Source: an uncultured bacterium
Lineage (GTDB): Bacteria > Fidelibacterota > Marinisomatia > Marinisomatales > J089
Reading direction: 5' to 3'
DNA length: 64,000 bases
Assembly: GCA_964535735.1 (NCBI GenBank)
Contig: CAZHTM010000002.1
Span: 5,082-69,081 of the forward strand
The notes below the pieces were generated by a model. It ran no database searches and had not been told where the DNA came from. It saw nothing but the letters and a program-made list of their open reading frames with translations. The position numbers and the translations under genes were made by a program. How positions within the stretch are numbered: position 1 is the stretch's first letter; the number at the start of each line of letters is the position of its first letter. Shown piece by piece: positions 50,689-59,096 of this stretch.

Positions 50689-50743
50689 AGCATCGAATTT
50701 ATCCATTTTCAGAGGTTAATCCAAACGAATAACCCCCGATAAA

Positions 50744-51421
50744 TCAAGACATGGCCCGACCAATCATCTCTTCTGCTTGACGTTTCACCACTGCCGGAGT
50801 ATCGTTACTTTCAATCAATGGATTTAGAAGCGGTTCGACTTTAGATTTGTCCTTTTCCGATGTTGAATATAGTCGCGCCAGTTCCAATGTCAATCGATAC
50901 CGATTTGTTGACTGGTCAACCTGACGATTGACTTTTTTCAGTATGCGCACTGCATCATCTCTTTGTCCCTTCGAAGCATGTAAATGGGCTGCCAAAATCG
51001 CAGCATTGGTCAGCATGATTTCATTTTCTCCGGAATTGAGATAGGCTTCAACTAGCGGTAATGCTTTCTCCGTATTGCCTTCATCATAATACAGTTTGCC
51101 CAATAAGTATTTAGCGCGAATTCCGTCCTGAGTTTTACCATGTTCGTCAACTAGAAGTTGCAACAAATATTCAGCATTTTCTCGGTCATCATTCTGCAGG
51201 GCTACCATAGCCTGGCCAAATTGGGTAGCAGTCTGGGCATGGGTTTTGGCGCGTTGATTACTTAATATTAAGATTGCCAGAATTAAAATGATCAACCCAG
51301 TCCCCGCTTGGGTCAGGAGCTTTTTCCGTTCCGCGACCCATTGTTGAATTTCGTATAACGTTTCCAACAATGGATCTCTTTTGATTTCTTTTTTTGTGAT
51401 CTTCTTTTTTGGTTTTAACAT
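50744..51421 (-). CDS. Membrane-anchored TPR protein (YfgM-like)
   Basis: Basic N-terminus, one TM, A..LLGKLYY..G TPR pattern. Confidence 0.75.
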   Translation of the reverse strand: MLKPKKKITKKEIKRDPLLETLYEIQQWVAERKKLLTQAGTGLIILILAILILSNQRAKTHAQTATQFGQAMVALQNDDRENAEYLLQLLVDEHGKTQDGIRAKYLLGKLYYDEGNTEKALPLVEAYLNSGENEIMLTNAAILAAHLHASKGQRDDAVRILKKVNRQVDQSTNRYRLTLELARLYSTSEKDKSKVEPLLNPLIESNDTPAVVKRQAEEMIGRAMS

Positions 51422-51438
51422 AGTATTCTCCTTCTACG

Positions 51439-51510
51439 TACCCTTGGTAGGAATCGAACCTACATCTAATCCTTAGGAGGGATTTGTTCTATCCATTGAA
51501 CTACAAGGGC
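51439..51510 (-). tRNA. tRNA-Arg(CCT)
   Basis: GCCCTTG/CAAGGGT acceptor, AATCC-CTCCTAA-GGATT anticodon arm. Confidence 0.95.
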
Positions 51511-51553
51511 AAGGTTAAATTTACGGGAATTGTTAAACGTGAAAAAAGGTGGA

Positions 51554-52570
51554 TTAATACGGTTTTTCTTCCGTCAAATTCCTGGTCATCAATTCTTTGA
51601 CCGCTCTTTTAGGATCTTTATCTTCAAACAACACCCGGTACACCGCCTCGGTTATAGGCATCTCAACGGAATATTTTTGACTCAATTGCCAGGCGGATCG
51701 TGTAGATTTTACACCTTCGGCTACCATGGTCATTTCAGATAAAATTTCGGCCAATTTTCGCCCACGACCAATTTCCTGCCCCACATATCGATTCCGGCTG
51801 TGCTTGCTCAAACACGTGGCAATCAAGTCACCAACCCCGCTCAGACCATAAAACGTTTCCACGGACGCTCCCATACGGACGCCTAAGCGGGTTATTTCCG
51901 TAATACCACGTGTAAGTAAAGCGGCTTTGGTATTATCTCCGTAACCGATACCATCGCAAATCCCCGCTGCAATTGCGATCACATTTTTCAAGGATCCGCC
52001 GATTTCTGCACCTAAAATATCGGTGTTGGTATAGATTCGTAAATATTCCGACGTAAAAGTGGATTGAATCAGCTTAGCCAACGATGATGACACGGATGAT
52101 GATACAATCGTAGTGGGCAATGCTTGTGCCACTTCTTCGGCATGGCTGGGGCCGTATAGTGTCACAATACGCTCCAATTCAATGTCTCCTACCTCATGAA
52201 TAACCTGACTCATCGTCAGCAGCGTATCATTTTCAATACCTTTAGCCAGGTTTACAATGATCACCGTAGAAGAGAGCTGATTTTTAATCTCTCCAAACAA
52301 TATCCGGACAATATGCGAGGGAACCGCTATAACAACCAGGTCTGGTTTATCCAGGGCAACAGACATCTGGTCCGTCAGGACGATCGACTTGGGAATGACC
52401 ATTCCCTTTATAAGATTATGCCGACCTGTGTCCTTTATTTCCCGGATTTCTTTCGGAAATTTATGCCATGCGATGACATTATATCCCAAACGGTTTAAAT
52501 GACAAGCAATGGTCGCTCCCCAAGAACCAAATCCCAGAACCGAGATATGGCGAATGTTTTTCGCGGTCAT
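51554..52570 (-). CDS. gpsA: NAD(P)H-dependent glycerol-3-phosphate dehydrogenase
   Basis: GFGSWG, LAKGIE, GPSHAEEV, GSLKNVIAIAAG, SRNRYVG. Confidence 0.96.
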   Translation of the reverse strand: MTAKNIRHISVLGFGSWGATIACHLNRLGYNVIAWHKFPKEIREIKDTGRHNLIKGMVIPKSIVLTDQMSVALDKPDLVVIAVPSHIVRILFGEIKNQLSSTVIIVNLAKGIENDTLLTMSQVIHEVGDIELERIVTLYGPSHAEEVAQALPTTIVSSSVSSSLAKLIQSTFTSEYLRIYTNTDILGAEIGGSLKNVIAIAAGICDGIGYGDNTKAALLTRGITEITRLGVRMGASVETFYGLSGVGDLIATCLSKHSRNRYVGQEIGRGRKLAEILSEMTMVAEGVKSTRSAWQLSQKYSVEMPITEAVYRVLFEDKDPKRAVKELMTRNLTEEKPY

Positions 52571-52590
52571 AGATGATCAATAATTGTTAT

Positions 52591-54381
52591 TTATTCGTCA
52601 TACAAGGCGTCAATTACCGTCTTGTATTTTGATTCCACCACTTTTCGCTTCACCGACAGCTTGGGCGTCAGTTCACCGGTTTCAATGCTCCAGGGATTCG
52701 ACATTAAAGCAATTTTTTTCACTTTCTCATATTGAGCGAAATCCTTCATAGCTTCCTCTACAACCCCATTATACAAGGCAACCACCTTTTCATTTCTTAC
52801 CAATTCTTCATGGTTGTCAACAGGAACATTATTGGCTTTGGCCCACTCATAGAGAGCCTCAAAAGCGGGAACTACAACCGCTGAAACAAATTTTCTCCGG
52901 TCGCCAATGACCAAACATTGCTCAATATATTTTGATTTAGTTAAAGCATTTTCTAAAGGTGCAGGAGCAATATTTTTTCCGCCGGATGTCACGATCAAGT
53001 TTTTCTTTCGATCGGTAATTTTTAAATAACCATCTTCGTCGAACTCTCCAATATCGCCGGTATGGAACCACCCGTCCTCATCGATAACTTCTTTTGTGGC
53101 TTCCGGATCATTGTAATATCCCTTCATTACATTATCACCACGACAAAGAATTTCGCCATCATCGGCAATTTTAACTTCCACTCCATCAATGGGAGGCCCC
53201 ACGGTTCCAAATTTATATAGTTCAATATGGTTTACCGTGATCACCGGACTGGTTTCAGTTAATCCATATCCTTCAAGAATTGGAATATTGGCGGACGCAA
53301 AAAACTCACCAATATCTTTGGAAAGCGGTGCACCACCTGAAACAAAATATTTCAACCGACCACCCACTCGTTCTTTCAATTTGGAGAAGACCAGTTTTTC
53401 GGCCAGTTTAAATTGAAGTGCTAATAATCCTGAGGGTTTTTGATTCCGTTGGAAGTATTTCGCAGCTCTGGCCCCAACGCCCAAAGCCCACCAGAATATT
53501 TTTTGCCGTATCGGAGGGTCGTTACTCACTTTATCCAGAATCTTGGTATACATTTTTTCATATAGTCGTGGTACGGATGTCATGACCGTGGGATGGGCCT
53601 CCGCCATATTATCAGCGACGGTTTCTATACTTTCGGCATAATACACGGTGCTTCCGGCTGAAAATGCGGTATAATGTCCCACCATCCGTTCAAAACTGTG
53701 AGATAAGGGTAAAAACGACAAGAAGACATCTTCTTCGCCAACAGAAATGGCTTTACGTCCAGCTTGTACATTGGATACTAAGTTTTTGTGTGTCAGCATC
53801 ACCCCTTTTGGATTACCCGTCGTTCCGCTGGTGTAAATCAAGGTTAATAAATCATCTGGAGCCACGTCTTTGGCAGTTTCACGAATGGAAAATCCTTTTT
53901 CAACATCCGGTCGTCCCTGCTCGATAACAGCCTCCATCGTAACGACGTACTCATTACCCGCCAGAGAGTTATTCATCGTAATGATTTTATTCAGTTTAGG
54001 ACTATCATTAATAAACTCAAGAACCTTTTCAGCCTGAACTTCATCTTCGGCAATGATTAATTTGGTTTCGGAATCGTCCAGTATATACTTTATTTGGTGC
54101 GGAATCAGTGTTGGATAAACTGTAACAGTAACGGCCCCCAGACACGTAATGGCGTAATCCGATATCGCCCACCGGGGATTGTTTGTGGAGAGAATGGCAA
54201 CTTTGTCATCCTTTTTAATTCCCATTTGCCGTAGTCCCGCGGCAAAGGCATTCACCTTTTCGTATACTTCATTAAAGGTCAATCCCACCCATTGCCCATT
54301 TACTTTCTCATAAAACGCATCATGATTTCCGTACTGATCGATGGTGTTGAAAAAAAGTTCAGGTATCGTTGTGTATGTCAT
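52591..54381 (-). CDS. Long-chain fatty acid--CoA ligase
   Basis: YTSGTTGNPKG, EGYGLTET, GWFHTGDIG, DRKKNLIVTSGGKNIAP. Confidence 0.93.
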   Translation of the reverse strand: MTYTTIPELFFNTIDQYGNHDAFYEKVNGQWVGLTFNEVYEKVNAFAAGLRQMGIKKDDKVAILSTNNPRWAISDYAITCLGAVTVTVYPTLIPHQIKYILDDSETKLIIAEDEVQAEKVLEFINDSPKLNKIITMNNSLAGNEYVVTMEAVIEQGRPDVEKGFSIRETAKDVAPDDLLTLIYTSGTTGNPKGVMLTHKNLVSNVQAGRKAISVGEEDVFLSFLPLSHSFERMVGHYTAFSAGSTVYYAESIETVADNMAEAHPTVMTSVPRLYEKMYTKILDKVSNDPPIRQKIFWWALGVGARAAKYFQRNQKPSGLLALQFKLAEKLVFSKLKERVGGRLKYFVSGGAPLSKDIGEFFASANIPILEGYGLTETSPVITVNHIELYKFGTVGPPIDGVEVKIADDGEILCRGDNVMKGYYNDPEATKEVIDEDGWFHTGDIGEFDEDGYLKITDRKKNLIVTSGGKNIAPAPLENALTKSKYIEQCLVIGDRRKFVSAVVVPAFEALYEWAKANNVPVDNHEELVRNEKVVALYNGVVEEAMKDFAQYEKVKKIALMSNPWSIETGELTPKLSVKRKVVESKYKTVIDALYDE

Positions 54382-54475
54382 GACATCCTCTCCCTCTCAT
54401 TTTTAAGGTCAAATATATTGACAAATTTTAATTTAGTCCGCTAATTTCTTTTACCATTTCAGAACCTCAAATTAT

Positions 54476-54559
54476 GCCGGGGTGGCGGAACTGGTAGACG
54501 CGCCGGTCTCAAAAACCGGTGGAGGTAACTCCGTGTCGGTTCGAGTCCGACCCTCGGCA
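54476..54559 (+). tRNA. tRNA-Leu(CAA)
   Basis: GCCGGGG/CCTCGGC acceptor, CCGGT-CTCAAAA-ACCGG anticodon arm, long variable arm. Confidence 0.96.
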
Positions 54560-54629
54560 CTCTTTCCTTCCAGCATTACTTTAAGTGCGAATTTATTCTT
54601 GATTTTCATTGAATAATCTTTTACTTTAA

Positions 54630-54715
54630 CCCCTGAGGTGCTAGTTAAGTGCCTTTGGTATGTGGTTGGGGCAGCGATTCATCTTGTTCCGAGGTCAATA
54701 TGAATTCTGCCCCGT
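54630..54715 (+). ncRNA. Candidate small structured RNA, family unknown
   Basis: TTGATT-17nt-TACTTT promoter-like pair; two hairpins including GGGGCAG/CTGCCCC with ATTCAT/ATGAAT; G-U pairs favour the + strand. Confidence 0.35.
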
Positions 54716-54725
54716 TTTATATATA

Positions 54726-54753
54726 AAAAGGCCAACATTAGCGTCGGCCTTTT
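54726..54753 (-). terminator. Terminator of the minus-strand gene run
   Basis: AAAAGGCCGAC-GCTAAT-GTTGGCCTTTT on the minus strand (G-U pair only on this strand). Confidence 0.75.
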
Positions 54754-54780
54754 CTAAACATGGTATTGTTTGGAAGACTA

Positions 54781-55287
54781 TTATTTACGTCCCTTTTTAT
54801 TCGTATCTTCAGCTAATTGGTCGTTGATTTTCTTCAAATCATTCTGAATCAGGGTAATATTCTGTTCAATATCAGAGAATCTGCGGTTGGTTCGACGCCG
54901 TTGACTGTCAAATGCATCCTGCTGATCCTGGATATCCTGATTCACGGATTTAAATTGTTTCTCAGTTGCCCGCTTGAATTCTGCTAAACTGTACTCCACG
55001 TCCTCAATCATACTGGTCAAGCTATCGGTGGTTTGATGAATAAGATCCGTGTTGGCCACAATATCCTTTTGAGCTTTTTGTAGATGCTTTCCCCTGCCGA
55101 TAAATTGAAGATTTAACTTCCGCAGTTCTTCAGAAAAATCAGCATTTACTTCATCCACATGTTTCAACTGTTTCTTTTCCATTACATCCATCCGTTCCAT
55201 CACCAGTGTGTATGTATATTGGATATACCCACCACCCGCAAGAAGGATAATCATTAATCCAAATATGACTTTATCTTTTACGCTCAT
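54781..55287 (-). CDS. Hypothetical membrane-anchored coiled-coil protein
   Basis: One N-terminal TM followed by a long heptad region. Confidence 0.7.
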   Translation of the reverse strand: MSVKDKVIFGLMIILLAGGGYIQYTYTLVMERMDVMEKKQLKHVDEVNADFSEELRKLNLQFIGRGKHLQKAQKDIVANTDLIHQTTDSLTSMIEDVEYSLAEFKRATEKQFKSVNQDIQDQQDAFDSQRRRTNRRFSDIEQNITLIQNDLKKINDQLAEDTNKKGRK

Positions 55288-55305
55288 TTCGTCCTCAGCT
55301 ATGTT

Positions 55306-55632
55306 TTAATCTAAACCTTCCAATCGACGTTCCCAGGCACTTAATTCCCGTTCTTCCTGGTCGTCATCTTCAACGTTCGACTGACTATTCAATTCTTCTG
55401 ACCGATCTCTCAATTTCTGCAATAAAAGACTTTTCCGATCCGTATTGGCTTTCAATTGCTCCATCAAGGATTGAATCTCTTCATTAAAGTCATCAATGGT
55501 CTTCTCCATTCGATTGACCAACTCATCCATTAGCGCTTTGCCATACGAATTGTCAATGACTTCTAACAGATCGTCAAATTTTTCTTCCAGATATTTTTGC
55601 CGACTTTCCTCGGTTTCAAATGGCTGGTCCAT
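55306..55632 (-). CDS. Hypothetical acidic helical protein
   Basis: Co-oriented ORF, coiled-coil composition, ends LSAWERRLEGLD. Confidence 0.7.
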   Translation of the reverse strand: MDQPFETEESRQKYLEEKFDDLLEVIDNSYGKALMDELVNRMEKTIDDFNEEIQSLMEQLKANTDRKSLLLQKLRDRSEELNSQSNVEDDDQEERELSAWERRLEGLD

Positions 55633-55685
55633 AGATGAAAATTACCGATAGTTGTTTCAAAGAAAAAATGGAAAATCAGAACGTA

Positions 55686-56123
55686 TTACAGAGATTTTGG
55701 AATCCAACCTCTATGCGAAAATTCAGTTTCAAGGGGTTCGAATATTTTTACCTGAATTGAATATGGAAACCGATCCACCGCATGAAATTCCGTCATAGAT
55801 TTTCCCGCAATGGCAGTTTCCGAACTCCGTTTATAGACATATTTCCCCCCTGCAATGGTCACTTCAATCCAATCAGTAACTTCAATAACGAGAGAATATT
55901 CATAATGCCTTATATCTTGGGGAACTTTGCGCCGTTGCGTCACCAAAGTTCGTGATTCCGGTATTCGATATTCCAGCTCATATTCCAGAGAATCCAAGAT
56001 GGTTTGTATCTCCTGATAAACCAGGTTGGGATCCCCTTCATAACGATAATCCCACTTCATCCGTCGAGGATGAATACAGGTTGAAATCTGAACGGCTAAT
56101 ATGACAAGGAGGAAATATTTCAC
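55686..56123 (-). CDS. Hypothetical exported protein (possible lipoprotein)
   Basis: MKYFLLVILAVQISTC signal-like N-terminus; GTG start. Confidence 0.65.
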   Translation of the reverse strand: MKYFLLVILAVQISTCIHPRRMKWDYRYEGDPNLVYQEIQTILDSLEYELEYRIPESRTLVTQRRKVPQDIRHYEYSLVIEVTDWIEVTIAGGKYVYKRSSETAIAGKSMTEFHAVDRFPYSIQVKIFEPLETEFSHRGWIPKSL

Positions 56124-56135
56124 TCCGAAATCACA

Positions 56136-57062
56136 TCAATACAGATCAAAAATCGATGGTCCATTGTCTACAGGTTGGCTTGGTTTTACCCGGATCATAT
56201 AATCGGGATTATAATAGGCTAACACGAGTTGAGATGTCCCAGAAAGGACCGGGAAAATTGTTTCAGTATCCTGCACATAGGAAATAAGCAGTAATTCAAT
56301 CTGACACGGCATCGACTGCCACGAACGATGTTGGTACATTTTGCTATAATCCATATCCAGGGGGTTGGAACTGGTAGTCATAGGACCGGAAACCGAAAAA
56401 CTGGAACTTGTGGGATTCCCATACAATTGATCCAGTATTTGACTCAAATCTTTGAATTTTTTATCGTGAGAATCCTGATCAAAGGGATCCAGTGGAAATG
56501 AAATTTCAACTTTCCAAAATCCACTATCTGAATAGAAATAGGACATCAACACTGTATCGGGACCAAGTGTTGACCAATAGGATACAGAACTACTATCACG
56601 GGAATACAATGGTGACATCCAGGAAGTAACGGGAGGAATGGATGACCGTTGAACACCCCAGGGATAGCCTTTATATCCATAATCCAATGATAGATCCAGA
56701 GGCTCCGCAGGCGATGAGGATTCCATCGATAATGCTTCCCGGAACGTTGCGACCGAATCTGTGACTCCAATGTCACTGGAATCCACGACAATCAAATTGG
56801 TATCTAAGATGCCGTGCAGAGAGGTGTCCGGATCTTGGGACATCATGGGAGTTACCAAAGAATCCTGCTCGAAGGAATCCTGGACAACGGCCTTAGTTGT
56901 ATCTTCATCACCTGGAGACACACCTAATAACGTCTCGATTATCGACGTGCTATCCGCAATATGTAATTGCAGAGAATCTAATGTGTCCGTTGAATCTATG
57001 GTCTGCGCAAAAGAAACAGCGCTAACCATCATCGCAAATAACATCAAAACCCGTTGCCCCAT
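56136..57062 (-). CDS. Hypothetical secreted protein with a D-S/T-rich N-terminal region
   Basis: Signal peptide ending SFA-Q, low-complexity acidic linker, then a globular domain YGYKGYPWG. Confidence 0.75.
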   Translation of the reverse strand: MGQRVLMLFAMMVSAVSFAQTIDSTDTLDSLQLHIADSTSIIETLLGVSPGDEDTTKAVVQDSFEQDSLVTPMMSQDPDTSLHGILDTNLIVVDSSDIGVTDSVATFREALSMESSSPAEPLDLSLDYGYKGYPWGVQRSSIPPVTSWMSPLYSRDSSSVSYWSTLGPDTVLMSYFYSDSGFWKVEISFPLDPFDQDSHDKKFKDLSQILDQLYGNPTSSSFSVSGPMTTSSNPLDMDYSKMYQHRSWQSMPCQIELLLISYVQDTETIFPVLSGTSQLVLAYYNPDYMIRVKPSQPVDNGPSIFDLY

Positions 57063-57146
57063 TTTTTCACCTATTCAAGTAAAGGTTTAATATCGTGGTT
57101 CAGGAAAAAATACATTAAACAATTTCTTTCATACAAGCGCTATTCC

Positions 57147-58121
57147 TTAACGAATGACAGTGCCAATGCGATTCAATCGTGGAACCCAGGTATCCAAATC
57201 CAAAGAAAAGTAAACGAATAAAGCCTCCCCGAGAATCAAATTTTCCGGAACAAAGCCCCAATACCGGGAATCCAGACTATCATCGCGGTTATCCCCCATT
57301 GCCCAGTAATAATTCTGTTCAATGGTGTACCATTGATAGTCGGTGATGGGTTTATCATCAACATAAAGATATTTTACTTCGTTCTGTGTGATAGTAATAG
57401 TCCAGGGATTCAATAAATTTCCCCGTGGATAATAATTGTCAAATACGTCCCGGCTACCTTTTCTTCGATACAGATCGTTTGGGTCCGTTATGGTAAAGTA
57501 ATACTTTATATCCCCCTTTTTTAAGGCAACCTCATGACCGTCCATGATCATGATAGGCAAAAGAAATTCCCAATTCGTGTCCCCGTTTATGGCGACTTTA
57601 TCTCCTTTTTGAGGGATTCGAAGTGGTTTGAAAAAATCTTTATTCCCTTGATCCCCCAGAAAAATTTCCCGTTGTTGAAACGTTTCCGGTAACATGGAAC
57701 CAATGTATTTTCCATGTTCAGGTAAGGGAAATTTCGTACCGTTTACAAAAACCTCCCGAGCCCGAATTTCCAATGAATCCCCTGGTTCAGCAATGCATCG
57801 TTTGACATATTTATGATATTGGTCCCGGGGATATTTAAAGATGATTACATCGCCCTGATGAGGTTCTTTGAATTTTGGAAATCGATAGTTAGGAATGGGA
57901 AATCCAATATCGGTGTATGGAATTCCAATCCAGTCGGGTGTACGCATCCCATATACGAATCGATTCCCGATTAAAAAATCGCCGGTCATTATGGTGTTCT
58001 CCATACTACCCGTGGGTACGATATAAGCTTCCACGATCGTGACCTTCAGCAACAAGGCTATTATAATGATGGTCACTAAAGACCGAACCTCATAAATGAT
58101 TTTCTTAAATTTTGGACTCAA
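57147..58121 (-). CDS. lepB: Signal peptidase I
   Basis: PTGSMENT (Ser), YVKRC (Lys), MGDNRDDSLDSRYWGFVP. Confidence 0.95.
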   Translation of the reverse strand: MSPKFKKIIYEVRSLVTIIIIALLLKVTIVEAYIVPTGSMENTIMTGDFLIGNRFVYGMRTPDWIGIPYTDIGFPIPNYRFPKFKEPHQGDVIIFKYPRDQYHKYVKRCIAEPGDSLEIRAREVFVNGTKFPLPEHGKYIGSMLPETFQQREIFLGDQGNKDFFKPLRIPQKGDKVAINGDTNWEFLLPIMIMDGHEVALKKGDIKYYFTITDPNDLYRRKGSRDVFDNYYPRGNLLNPWTITITQNEVKYLYVDDKPITDYQWYTIEQNYYWAMGDNRDDSLDSRYWGFVPENLILGEALFVYFSLDLDTWVPRLNRIGTVIR

Positions 58122-58160
58122 TTATTATCTCCGGAATTGTTTCAATAATAAGATTTAAGT

Positions 58161-59096
58161 TTACTCAGACCCTCCAATGGCCTCATAATGAATAATTTCA
58201 GGTCCGCCTTTCTTTATATCCACTAGAATCGCGTCCAATTGAATGTCCCCGGTCCAGGATTCGTTTTCTAAGTATTGATCTATGGCTTGGTACAATTTTT
58301 CTATTTTTTTCTCATCTATTTTTTGTGTCAAAATATCCCTGGACATCTGGGAACCGGACTTAACTTCCACAAAAATAAGTGCATCCTCTTTTTTGGTCAC
58401 AATATCCAATTCACCATAAGGTAGCGCCGAATAATTCATGGCCAAAACTTCATACCCTTTTTTTAGCAGATACAGAGCGGCAAATTTTTCTCCCAGCCAA
58501 CCAATACGTTTTTCCGACTCCAGCCATGTTATTGTGGGTAGATTCTCTTTAACAGGTCTAAATGTCTTTCGATGAATGGGAGAAGCTTTAAATTGTTTTA
58601 AAGCCGCGACATGGGTTTTGGTTCCATACCCTTTGTGCTGTCTAAAGCCATATTCCGGAAAAATGATATCCATTTTTTCCATCCAACGATCCCGCGATAC
58701 TTTAGCCATTATGGATGCGGCTTGAATACACGGTACGGAATTGTCACCATCAATCACCCCTCGATTTGGAATTATTTGATTGGGTAACTCTGTTCCGTCT
58801 ATGAGTGCCTCGGTCGGTTTGGTACGCAAGGATCCCATGGCTATTTGCATTGCCTTAAACGTAGCCTGTAGGATGTTAATTTTGTCGATAGTCTGATGAT
58901 CCACAAACCCCACGGCCCAATCAATTGCCTGTTCTGAGATGGTGTGAAACGCTTCTTCACGCTGTCGAGGGGTCATTTTCTTTGAGTCTCGCAGATAGGG
59001 AATGTCATAGGTCTCGGGTAATATAACCGCTCCTGCAACAACAGGTCCCGCCAGACAACCACGACCCGCTTCATCCACTCCAGCAATTATTTCCAT
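58161..59096 (-). CDS. rnhB: RNase HII fused to a C-terminal YraN (UPF0102) nuclease domain
   Basis: aa 1-183 GVDEAGRG, DSKK, AASIMAKVSRD, HKGYGT; aa 195-311 GE..A..YL...GY, GELDI, IFVEVK. Confidence 0.92.
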   Translation of the reverse strand: MEIIAGVDEAGRGCLAGPVVAGAVILPETYDIPYLRDSKKMTPRQREEAFHTISEQAIDWAVGFVDHQTIDKINILQATFKAMQIAMGSLRTKPTEALIDGTELPNQIIPNRGVIDGDNSVPCIQAASIMAKVSRDRWMEKMDIIFPEYGFRQHKGYGTKTHVAALKQFKASPIHRKTFRPVKENLPTITWLESEKRIGWLGEKFAALYLLKKGYEVLAMNYSALPYGELDIVTKKEDALIFVEVKSGSQMSRDILTQKIDEKKIEKLYQAIDQYLENESWTGDIQLDAILVDIKKGGPEIIHYEAIGGSE

